Assembly (NCBI GenBank): GCA_037444665.1
Contig: JBBILZ010000004.1
Location: forward strand, 11,746 to 75,745
Length of the DNA: 64,000 bases
Origin: a candidate division WOR-3 bacterium
GTDB lineage: Bacteria > Hydrothermota > Tepidihabitantia > SM23-42 > JAOAFX01
Direction of reading: 5' to 3'
The notes beneath the pieces were generated by a model. That model was not told where the DNA came from, did not search any database, and saw only the letters and a program-made list of their open reading frames with translations. This document shows positions 50,677-59,133 of the stretch, one piece after another; the first letter of the stretch is position 1, and every line of letters starts with the position of its first letter. The position numbers and the translations under genes are program-made.

Positions 50677-52230
50677 CTAAAATATGCTCTTCTCTTTATA
50701 CTCTCCATAAACCTCACGCAGAATGTGCGAAATCTCGCCAACACTTGCATATAATCTCACACAATGAAGAATATATTCCATCAAATTATCTCCATTCTCT
50801 GCAGCAGACTTTAACTGTCTCAGACTTTCTTTAATCTTCTTGTTATCCCTTTTTGATAATACTGCTTTCAAACGCCCGATCTGTTTATTAACGACCGCAG
50901 GATTTACCTTTAAAATCTTCTGCCTCTTCTTTTCTTCACTCTTATATTTATTAACACCTAAAATATTTATTTCACCTTTTTCAATCTTTTGCTGGTAAAT
51001 ATAGGCGCTCTGATGAATTTCTTTCTGAAAATAACCCTGTTCAATTGCCCTGACCGCACCACCCATTGATTCAATCTTATCAAGATAATCCTTTGCCTCT
51101 TTTTCAATAATTCTGGTCATAGATTCAATGGCATACGAACCACCCAGTGGATCAACAATATCAGGGATTGATGTTTCATAACCAATAATCTGTTGGGTGC
51201 GCAGGGCAAGTTTTACAGATTCCTCTGTAGGTAGACCAAGGGCTTCGTCATAAGAGTTTGTATGCAATGACTGGGTGCCACCAAGAACAGCAGCAAGCGC
51301 CTGATATGCAACCCTGATTGCATTGTTCACTGGTTCCTGGGCAGTAAGGGTTGAACCACCGGTCTGGGTGTGAAATCTCAACATACAGGAACGATTATTC
51401 TTTGCACCAAATTTTTCCCGCATAATCCTTGCCCATAACCTCCTTGCGGCACGGAACTTGGCAACCTCTTCAAGAAAATTATTATGGCAATTAAAGAAAA
51501 AGGAGAGCCTCGGGGCAAAATAATCAACATCAAGGCCCCTTTTTATTGCCTCTTTTACATAGGTAATACTATTGGCAAATGTAAATGCGACTTCCTGTAC
51601 TGCAGTTGCACCTGCCTCGCGGATATGATAACCTGAAATAGATATCGTATTCCACTTGGGAAGATTTTTACTACAATAATCAATCAAATCAATGGTCAAT
51701 TTAAGTGATGGTTCAGGTGGGAAGATATATGTGCCACGGGCGATATATTCCTTCAGGATGTCGTTCTGAACTGTTCCTTCAAGCACTGATGGTGAAATCC
51801 CCTGTTTTTCAGCAACTGCGATATACATACACAAAAGGATTGAAGCAGTGGCATTAATCGTCATTGAAGTGCTGACTCTATCAAGGGGTATACCATCAAA
51901 TAGAATCTCCATATCGGCAAGGGTATCAATTGCAACACCGGTTCTGCCAACTTCACCTTCTGCCATTGGTTCATTAGAATCATAACCCATCTGGGTAGGT
52001 AAGTCAAAGGCAACAGAGAGCCCGGTCTGACCCTGTTTTAAGAGATATTTATATCGCCGATTTGACTCCTCAGCAGTGCCAAAACCTGCATACTGGCGCA
52101 TCGTCCACAATTTACCCGAATACATTGTTGAATAGATGCCCCTGGTAAATGGATAGTCACCAGGATTACCCAGGTCCCGGGTATATTCTAAATCTTTAAT
52201 ATCTTCAGGAGTAAATAACATGGATGCCAA
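50677..52230 (-). CDS. Methylmalonyl-CoA mutase family, catalytic (TIM-barrel) domain only, 517 aa
   Basis: It is typical of the MCM large-subunit N-terminal region. No B12-binding DxHxxG domain is present in this ORF. Confidence 0.8.
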   Translation of the reverse strand: MASMLFTPEDIKDLEYTRDLGNPGDYPFTRGIYSTMYSGKLWTMRQYAGFGTAEESNRRYKYLLKQGQTGLSVAFDLPTQMGYDSNEPMAEGEVGRTGVAIDTLADMEILFDGIPLDRVSTSMTINATASILLCMYIAVAEKQGISPSVLEGTVQNDILKEYIARGTYIFPPEPSLKLTIDLIDYCSKNLPKWNTISISGYHIREAGATAVQEVAFTFANSITYVKEAIKRGLDVDYFAPRLSFFFNCHNNFLEEVAKFRAARRLWARIMREKFGAKNNRSCMLRFHTQTGGSTLTAQEPVNNAIRVAYQALAAVLGGTQSLHTNSYDEALGLPTEESVKLALRTQQIIGYETSIPDIVDPLGGSYAIESMTRIIEKEAKDYLDKIESMGGAVRAIEQGYFQKEIHQSAYIYQQKIEKGEINILGVNKYKSEEKKRQKILKVNPAVVNKQIGRLKAVLSKRDNKKIKESLRQLKSAAENGDNLMEYILHCVRLYASVGEISHILREVYGEYKEKSIF

Positions 52231-52341
52231 TCAATTATCTACAATTTTTGCTAAGTGTCAATGGGGTAAAATTGAAAAGAATGTTAATCTTTGGATGAAC
52301 TCTAAAATCTTATTTGTGGGGTTAAACTCTGCGGTTATATT

Positions 52342-52962
52342 TTATTCTATAATAATCAGTTTATCTTTGCTATTTACTGTTTGCCCTTTTTGAACAAAAA
52401 TTTTCTTTATGACACCATCTCTCGGCGCCTTGAACTCATTCTGCATCTTCATTGCCTCAATAATCACCAAACCCTGCCCTTTCTTGACGGCGTCTCCTTC
52501 ACTTACCTCAACTTCAATCACCAAACCTGGCATCGGTGCAGTAATAATTGTCTCTTTTTTATGAACAGCATCTGCACCAGCCTTTAATACCCGGGCAATC
52601 TTTTCATCAACGACTTCAAAAGTATATTTATCACGGTCAACTGCAATCACCAAACCTGGCATCGGTGCAGTAATAATTGTCTCTTTTTTATGAACAGCAT
52701 CTGCACCAGCCTTTAATACCCGGGCAATCTTTTCATCAACGACTTCAAAAGTATATTCATCACGGTCAACTGCAATTTTATTATCCTTGCCAATGTGAAT
52801 CTGATATGGTCTATTATTGATTATCAGGGTCAGTGTTTCTTTATCAATGTCTACTACCTCCACCTGAATATTTTTACCATTCAAGGAAACCACATAACTA
52901 TTCCCTGATTTCTCAATATCGCACTTAAATTCCTTATCATCAATTTTCACAATATACGCCAT
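52342..52962 (-). CDS. Biotin carboxyl carrier protein (biotinyl domain EAMKM) with an internal 43-aa tandem duplication
   Basis: The C-terminus reads ...IEAMKMQNEFKAP. The segment DRD(E/K)YTFEVVDEKIARVLKAGADAVHKKETIITAPMPGLVI(A/E)V occurs twice. Confidence 0.75.
   Translation of the reverse strand: MAYIVKIDDKEFKCDIEKSGNSYVVSLNGKNIQVEVVDIDKETLTLIINNRPYQIHIGKDNKIAVDRDEYTFEVVDEKIARVLKAGADAVHKKETIITAPMPGLVIAVDRDKYTFEVVDEKIARVLKAGADAVHKKETIITAPMPGLVIEVEVSEGDAVKKGQGLVIIEAMKMQNEFKAPRDGVIKKIFVQKGQTVNSKDKLIIIE
52517..52774. repeat. Two copies of a 129-bp in-frame tandem direct repeat inside the BCCP gene
   Basis: The copies are near-identical, with 2-3 mismatches. Confidence 0.7.
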
Positions 52963-53310
52963 ATTCTCCCCTGTTGATTAATGACTTTTTCCAAGGATTG
53001 CCTCAAGTTTGACACTTTTTAAACCCTTTAGTATTCTTTTTAGTATTATCTCATCACGGTGCATAGACGCCCTTTCTTATTCTCCGTAAAAGAAATCGTC
53101 TGGGCCAGGATTTTGGCTTTAATAGATTCCTGAGCATCAAATGTAGATCATGGGGTGGGATGTCAGGAAATCTTTTAGCGAGTTTTTTTTGGTATTTTAA
53201 CAGAGGCTCAAAGAATCTTTTCTCGGCTAATTTCATAGCATTATTATATCTATGCAATCAATGTAGTCAAGTTCCCGATTTTCGCCAAAAATAGTATGAA
53301 TAATCGGATT

Positions 53311-53373
53311 TAAAACTTTCTCAACACCCTGCCAAAGATATTTCGCATAACGTCTTGCGGATAAAAGAAGTTG
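53311..53373. repeat. About 60-bp direct repeat, family B, copy 1 (second copy at 53937..54000)
   Basis: Both copies share atttaaaactttct(c/a)a... and tatttc(g/a)cataacgt(ct/at)tgcgga. Confidence 0.5.
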
Positions 53374-53441
53374 CCAAAGGCAATTTGGAGAAATCTTTGA
53401 TTTCCCTTTTATCCGCTGTTATATGAAGTGGCGTTGTTGAT

Positions 53442-53810
53442 TCATTTAGTTTCTCCCTTGTTCGCTTTTCTCAAATCCTCTAAAGTACCTCGTCTAACTG
53501 TATCGTGACAATTTGCACACAGCACTACCTTAATTTTTTTCTCGGGATCTGCATGATGGACTTGAAGAACAAACGGTCTACTATCACCACAAACAATACA
53601 TCTACCCGGTGGCGCCTTTTCTTTTAATGCCTTTAAAAATTCCACTTTTTCAGGTTCCCACTGTTTATTTTTCACTTTTGCAGCGACTTTTCTAGCACCT
53701 TTCTTACGCTTTCTTGTATACGCAGCTTTTATTCCCGGGCCTTTACCTCTCATTGTTTCCCATGCCTTTTTCGCTGGGCTTTTTTCTTCATTTTGGCCAA
53801 TTTTTATCAT
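53442..53810 (-). CDS. Small HNH endonuclease with a lysine-rich N-terminus
   Basis: It carries CIVCGDSRPFVLQVHHADPEKK...CANCHDTV, i.e. Cys4 plus the HH of an HNH His-Me finger. Confidence 0.6.
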   Translation of the reverse strand: MIKIGQNEEKSPAKKAWETMRGKGPGIKAAYTRKRKKGARKVAAKVKNKQWEPEKVEFLKALKEKAPPGRCIVCGDSRPFVLQVHHADPEKKIKVVLCANCHDTVRRGTLEDLRKANKGETK

Positions 53811-53858
53811 TTATTTCCTCCTTTTGTTAAAATGAAATCATTATCATACCGGCAGATT

Positions 53859-53930
53859 CTTTTCCAATTCTTATCCCCTTCCTAACCTGCACTACCTCAA
53901 ACATAATTTTATTATATCAACAATCTAAAA
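53859..53930. repeat. About 75-bp direct repeat, family A, copy 1. It is the promoter and leader of the HNH gene. The second copy lies at 59026..59098 upstream of the DNA MTase gene.
   Basis: The shared sequence is cttttccaattcttatccccttcctaacctgcactacctcaaacataattttattatatcaacaa. It is near-identical at both loci. Confidence 0.6.
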
Positions 53931-53936
53931 GAATCA

Positions 53937-54000
53937 AGCATTACTATATTTAAAACTTTCTAAAAACCCACCCGAAGTTATTTCACATAACGTATGCGGA
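53937..54000. repeat. About 60-bp direct repeat, family B, copy 2
   Basis: See 53311..53373. Confidence 0.5.
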
Positions 54001-54146
54001 CATACGAAGTACGAGGTGTAGCCGAGTATTTGGGCGGAGCAAAGTGTAGCCATATGGCCGCTGTTAAGTGAGTGTGATAGCATTGAGCTAAGAAAGTTGG
54101 CAAAAGTCGCAAAGGTTGTCTCTCTATATTTTTGTTTAAATGAATG

Positions 54147-55328
54147 TCAGCATCCACCGGGATTCCTGTAGATATCATCGTGCTCTCCAATTCTAAGCAA
54201 TTCCCATTGTCCGTTAAGAGGTCGCATGGCTAGTCTATACCTTCTATCTATTCTGATAGTGAATACTGTGTCGCATCCCTTAATCTTCTCAAAATTCAAC
54301 CCTGTATGATGTACACTATATTCAAGCATCTGCAAGGCCTTTTCTAATTTAGGCCTTATTTGCGGTATCTTTTGGATGCCCTTCTCAAATGTGGGTGATT
54401 TAATAATCTCAGAGCGTTCAATTGACGTAAGAAATCGTATTACGTATTGAGGAATGCTGATGGTTTGTACAATATATATAGGTACATCTCCAAAGAGTAC
54501 ATCCTGACAACGACAATCGAACAAAGACTCCAATGGTACTAAACTTCTACGTCCACTTCTCCCATTACTGATAGATGTGCCTAATTCACGTCTACCTCTC
54601 GAAAAATTCCTTCCCAGATACTGGTCAAATGCTGAGTAGCCATTAGGTTGATTTCTCATAAAACCTCTGAGCTGGCGACGAACATCTTTTCCTTGAAACC
54701 TATTATAAGCAAAAGCATTGGCAAGTGCTTCTTCAATGGGTTCATCTGCGTTACGAGGATTCAGATATACATTCTTGACATAGTCGGTATAGTAAGGCGT
54801 TCGAAAGTCTGTACCAACTTCAAGAACTGAAGCCGCAATATCCGTTATAAAATGGAAAAACTCATGAAGAAACAACAATCGGAATCCTTGTTGGAGTTGA
54901 TCCAGCATATTAAAGGAACGACCATAGCGTGATGTTTGTCCTACGCCTCTGAAAACATTTTGAGCAAGATAATAGATACCTTTATCAAGAATATATATCC
55001 CCCAACGATTTGAGGGATGCCAGTGAAAAGAACGATACCATGCTAAAACGTCAATACCTTCTCTAATAACTTTTCCTTCAATGTCTTGAACATTGATGTT
55101 GGGTATCTCCTCAAGATCACCGTTTGGAATCAAGATATAGTCTCCTATATTAGAAAATCTTCTTGGTGTTTCTTCCCAGTCATTCTTCCACGATGGGGAA
55201 TAGTTTGGTTCGGATCGTGTAATTCTGTCTCCATTCTCACGTTCTCTGCGATGGACATGATGCTCTGGTGGGAGTTCGTTGACCAATTGGTGCTCTTCCA
55301 ACAAGCAGATTATCTCACTTACGTTCAT
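54147..55328 (-). CDS. Hypothetical 393-aa protein with an HExxH motif and a C-terminal RelE/ParE-like toxin-fold segment
   Basis: It carries LFLHEFFHF. The C-terminus reads DTVFTIRIDRRYRLAMRPLNGQWELLRIGEHDDIY, resembling the RelE/ParE consensus. Its GC content is higher than in the surroundings. Confidence 0.35.
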   Translation of the reverse strand: MNVSEIICLLEEHQLVNELPPEHHVHRRERENGDRITRSEPNYSPSWKNDWEETPRRFSNIGDYILIPNGDLEEIPNINVQDIEGKVIREGIDVLAWYRSFHWHPSNRWGIYILDKGIYYLAQNVFRGVGQTSRYGRSFNMLDQLQQGFRLLFLHEFFHFITDIAASVLEVGTDFRTPYYTDYVKNVYLNPRNADEPIEEALANAFAYNRFQGKDVRRQLRGFMRNQPNGYSAFDQYLGRNFSRGRRELGTSISNGRSGRRSLVPLESLFDCRCQDVLFGDVPIYIVQTISIPQYVIRFLTSIERSEIIKSPTFEKGIQKIPQIRPKLEKALQMLEYSVHHTGLNFEKIKGCDTVFTIRIDRRYRLAMRPLNGQWELLRIGEHDDIYRNPGGC

Positions 55329-55339
55329 TTCTTACACCC

Positions 55340-55550
55340 CTTATTTTTTTAAACCTTTACCCCGATTTCACTTAACGGTCGCGGATATCTGAAGTTCCGA
55401 GCAGGCGCGCGTAAGCGTGCAAGTGAGGAATTTGGACGAACAATTGCAACGAAGTGAACCAGATATTCGCGTGTTAGGCGAGGGTGAGCCGAAGTAGAAA
55501 GTGTAACGACCCCGAACGACCGAAAGGAGCGATTCTTTTTGCTTGGCAGT
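55340..55550 (-). other. GC-rich (about 55%) ~210-nt leader/intergenic region with long-range complementarity. It is a candidate structured RNA.
   Basis: Bases gcggatatctga (55381-92) are complementary to cagatattcgcg (55460-71). The segment ccgaacgacc is repeated. The overlapping 73-aa ORF is arginine-rich and implausible. Confidence 0.2.
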
Positions 55551-55554
55551 GATT

Positions 55555-56181
55555 CTAAATTCTTTGGCATATTTCTATTAACCTTTTAATTTTTTGTTGA
55601 AGATCTTTAAGATCTTTGGTTTTCTTTGGATACCACTCGGCATTGTTGGCACCGGATGGATGTGGTAAATATATCCTATCTATAGAAATACTTTTGTTTT
55701 CTATTATCCACTTCTCGACATCTTTACCCAAACAAATTATAGCTTTTATCTGTTTTTGCATTTTGATAATTTCTTCTTTCAACCATTTATCTGCACATTT
55801 TTTTGTAAATTTATTTTTTTCATCTGTTGGACATTTATGAAAATGCGTCCAATATGTAACTTTAAATATTTTGAACAAATCGTCCGTATCTATCTCTATA
55901 TTTTTTCTTTTACAGAATTTTGTAATTTTTAAAATCAACGAAAAAGGAATTGCAGCAGAAAACAAAATGCGACGCATTTCATCGGGTTTATACCTTGCGG
56001 CATAATTATATATGGAAACAAAGTCAATAGTTGGATCTCTTGAGATTAATAAAATCTTTGTCCTATACCTATAAGGAGGAGGAATTAGAATGATAGGTAA
56101 ATTGTTTTTCTCTTTAAAAGGGCAATCTTCCGGGCATTTCTCTCTTGCTATTCTTATATATTTCTTTTTCTTTATAGTCAT
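55555..56181 (-). CDS. Uracil-DNA glycosylase superfamily-like protein
   Basis: It carries ILLISRDPT (motif-1-like), later ICLGKDVEKW, and LPHPSG (HPS motif-2-like). Spacing between them is compatible with the UDG fold. Confidence 0.4.
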   Translation of the reverse strand: MTIKKKKYIRIAREKCPEDCPFKEKNNLPIILIPPPYRYRTKILLISRDPTIDFVSIYNYAARYKPDEMRRILFSAAIPFSLILKITKFCKRKNIEIDTDDLFKIFKVTYWTHFHKCPTDEKNKFTKKCADKWLKEEIIKMQKQIKAIICLGKDVEKWIIENKSISIDRIYLPHPSGANNAEWYPKKTKDLKDLQQKIKRLIEICQRI

Positions 56182-56339
56182 AATATCATTTTCCTTAACC
56201 AAGTAAAATGTCGCTTAACGTTTTGCGACTATCCAAAGCTCCGCCGAAGGCGGAATTTGGGTAAACACCATACACCACGAACCTTTTATGCTGTGTTATA
56301 TGCCGTTGGTCGCCGTTTGCCATCGGGAAAATTCTCCTA

Positions 56340-57569
56340 TTATAAAGATTTAATAACATCCTTACAGGATAAAAATTGAATTATATCCGCAACATAATCT
56401 CTTATATTGTAATCCTCACCTGACGATTTAATGATTATTTCTGCAGGAATGGGTCTTATTTCTAACAGATTCTTATCGTAATCTTTTATTTTTTGGATGA
56501 TGCTATCCGTAACGTCTTCCAATATTTTATTATTTCTACTTAATTGAAATTTTTTGACTTCCGATAAAATTTCATTATTTTTCAAAATTGAGATTACATA
56601 ATTGTTTAAGTTCTTATTTTTCTTAAAATTTTGATCCAATACCGCTCGTTCACTCATTGTAATTATCTGCCCCAGCCACAAATCATCGTATAACATCTCT
56701 TCCAATTGTTTCTTAAAATACGCAATATTGTGCTTTTGCTCGCCTACAAAAAGGCTTTTAATAACTTCATTTCCATAAACAGCGACAATATTTACCTTTA
56801 TTCCATCAATTATAAATTCTATAAGAAATGCCTTTTCAGGTTGCTTTTTTTCATCAACATTATGTTTAATATTTTTATCTTTCAGGGTTTTGATTATGTC
56901 GTTTTTGCCTCTCAATAAACCATTATAGCAGAGTCCCCATTCTTCATCTTTTTGCGTTGTGGCAGGCTCTCCTTGAATATCAAACAAGATCCCTCCAATG
57001 AGAAAAATATTTCTTATACCGGCATTCTTAACGCAATTTCTAAAAGATCGGTCCCCAATGATCAACTTTGTGAATTTATTAAATTTTTCCATTAATTCAA
57101 CCCTTCCAGCAGTACAACCAGAATAAACTTTCATTTTCAACTCACAAAAGGCAAGGTTATCTTTGCTTTTATTAACGATGTCAAATTTTTGTTTTGTTAG
57201 TTCAGACTCTTCCAATTTGCTGGTTTGTCCCAACCACTGAGGAAGTTTCATTAAGACAAATTCAAACTCCATCTTTTCTGATGTTCCTAATTCCTCTAAT
57301 AGTTTGGCAACAAGACTTCCTCTTCCCGCCTGACTATGTTGATAATAAGATGTTATTGTTAACAGAGACTCATAGAAACTATACAAGTTGTCACTTATGA
57401 GTGATGCCTGAGATAATCCATGGAAGATCTCATCAAAAATATTAAAAATTGATTCTAAATCAATAGTCCTTTTAAACATTTCTTGGACTCTTTTCAAGTA
57501 CATTCTTTTGAGCCCGGCTTCTATTTCGTTTTTTGGTTCTGTGCTGATGAGTAATTTTCTAAGTTGCAT
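56340..57569 (-). CDS. Candidate type II restriction endonuclease (409 aa, no detectable family) downstream of the DNA methyltransferase
   Basis: It sits immediately 3' of the MTase on the same strand. It has a possible PD-(D/E)xK-like D...ELK segment (KDNLAFCELKMK). Confidence 0.3.
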   Translation of the reverse strand: MQLRKLLISTEPKNEIEAGLKRMYLKRVQEMFKRTIDLESIFNIFDEIFHGLSQASLISDNLYSFYESLLTITSYYQHSQAGRGSLVAKLLEELGTSEKMEFEFVLMKLPQWLGQTSKLEESELTKQKFDIVNKSKDNLAFCELKMKVYSGCTAGRVELMEKFNKFTKLIIGDRSFRNCVKNAGIRNIFLIGGILFDIQGEPATTQKDEEWGLCYNGLLRGKNDIIKTLKDKNIKHNVDEKKQPEKAFLIEFIIDGIKVNIVAVYGNEVIKSLFVGEQKHNIAYFKKQLEEMLYDDLWLGQIITMSERAVLDQNFKKNKNLNNYVISILKNNEILSEVKKFQLSRNNKILEDVTDSIIQKIKDYDKNLLEIRPIPAEIIIKSSGEDYNIRDYVADIIQFLSCKDVIKSL

Positions 57570-57581
57570 AATTTACACTCT

Positions 57582-58913
57582 CTATGGTTTATGACAAATT
57601 ATTACACTTTCTCCCCTTATTGCTCTATTACGAGCACCTAATAGTGGATTAAATATTAATTTTTTAAATTTAAATCCAACTTCCTCACAGAATTTTTTAG
57701 TTGTCATAGTTGTTGGAATTTTCTTACCGTTAACTGTGCTATCTCCAATTATTATTGCTAACTTACCACCGGGTTTTAATGCCCAGAAAATATTTTTTAT
57801 GGATTCCTTTAAATCCTCATAATACATAGCAACTTTGGGCGGTAATCCGCTGTGGTTACTTTTTACCTTTCTATCATTTTTCATCCCCAAATATTTTGAT
57901 TCAATTTTTTTCATATCTGTACCGAGATAATCATAGGCAATTTTATCTTTTCCAACATAATCTATGGAAAAATAATAAGGCGGACTTGTAATACAGGCAT
58001 CAAATTTTTCTTTCATCCCAGTCATATTTTTCAGTTCAAGTATGTCTCCTTCTATAATGTGAGCAGGTTTAAATTCAAGTCCATATTTATCTTTTATCTC
58101 CATTGTCTTTTTATAGCAGTTTTTAATATAATTTAATTTTTCAATAAAAAGCCCCTCCTTACCTTTTCTGTTATATCTTGAAGTCCTTACAAAAGCATCA
58201 ACCGTATCGAAATATACTGCCAACATTAATTTATGTATCACTGAATCAGGATGTTGCCATTTTTTATTTTCTATTGCTTCTAAAATATCTTGTAATTCCT
58301 TCGAGGTAAAACTTAATTTTTTTTCATCAATAAAAAGTAAATCGTTTTTCAACTCAGATAAAACGATTCCCATCGGAGTAACATCTATGCCAACACTTTT
58401 AATTCCCATAAGTGAAGCCTCATGCGTGGCAGTTCCAGAACCATTAAAAGGATCGAGAAGTAGTGAATTATGATTTAATCTAAAAGCATTAATTAAAGTT
58501 CTTACAACTCTTGGATAAAATTTTCCTTTATATGGATAAAGATTATGGAAAGCGTAGGCGTTAGTGTCGCCAAACTTATCCACAAAATCAGTATAAAGTG
58601 TTGTTTTTCCTCTAACTTTTTCAAGATGGGCAACTCGTAACCTTATAAATTCTTCATTACCTTTAAGGTTAACTACTCTATTAACAGGGTCAATTGTATA
58701 TTCATCCGTTAATCCTTGTAACTCCAAATCCAAAAACTCTAAATCTGCCAATGTTTGCATCCAAAAGCCAAATATGGTATCTCCTTTAGGAAGAATATAA
58801 TTTGCAAATTCCTTAGCATAAGCCTCCATTATCTCTTCGTAAGATGGAAATTCGTATGTACCAAACATCGTTGTTTGTTTTGTCTGTTTTTGTGGCAAGA
58901 TTTTTTCAGCCAT
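57582..58913 (-). CDS. DNA methyltransferase (N6-adenine/N4-cytosine amino-MTase; motif I before motif IV)
   Basis: It carries LLLDPFNGSGTATHEA (FxGxG) followed by ...ITSPPYY (SPPY). Confidence 0.7.
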   Translation of the reverse strand: MAEKILPQKQTKQTTMFGTYEFPSYEEIMEAYAKEFANYILPKGDTIFGFWMQTLADLEFLDLELQGLTDEYTIDPVNRVVNLKGNEEFIRLRVAHLEKVRGKTTLYTDFVDKFGDTNAYAFHNLYPYKGKFYPRVVRTLINAFRLNHNSLLLDPFNGSGTATHEASLMGIKSVGIDVTPMGIVLSELKNDLLFIDEKKLSFTSKELQDILEAIENKKWQHPDSVIHKLMLAVYFDTVDAFVRTSRYNRKGKEGLFIEKLNYIKNCYKKTMEIKDKYGLEFKPAHIIEGDILELKNMTGMKEKFDACITSPPYYFSIDYVGKDKIAYDYLGTDMKKIESKYLGMKNDRKVKSNHSGLPPKVAMYYEDLKESIKNIFWALKPGGKLAIIIGDSTVNGKKIPTTMTTKKFCEEVGFKFKKLIFNPLLGARNRAIRGESVIICHKP

Positions 58914-59025
58914 ATTCCTTTATCTCCTTTATATCCGAAGTTGATTACGGATATACATCCTTCTGGCTGAAGTGCCAGATTCTATTCTGTTTTGAATCTC
59001 TTTTATCCATTACCGCTCCCCGAGT

Positions 59026-59098
59026 CTTTTCCAATTCTTATCCCCTTCCTAACCTGCACTACCTCAAACATAATTTTATTATATCAACAAACTAAAAA
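59026..59098. repeat. About 75-bp direct repeat, family A, copy 2 (promoter region of the MTase gene)
   Basis: See 53859..53930. Confidence 0.6.
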
Positions 59099-59133
59099 AA
59101 GTCAAGCATCACAGGGGTAGGGCGTTATGAAAT

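Noticed and set aside
52517-52774. CRISPR array, considered because of the exact tandem repeats.
   Set aside because: There are only two long units of 129 bp, in frame inside a BCCP gene. No short repeat-spacer periodicity exists anywhere in the window.
53054-53257. 67-aa minus-strand ORF between the BCCP gene and the HNH cassette.
   Set aside because: It is basic, low-complexity, with no RBS or homology. It is probably non-coding spacer.
55349-55570. 73-aa minus-strand ORF in the GC-rich region.
   Set aside because: It is arginine/serine/proline-rich as expected from GC-rich non-coding sequence. There is no RBS and no homology. It is treated as a non-coding leader.
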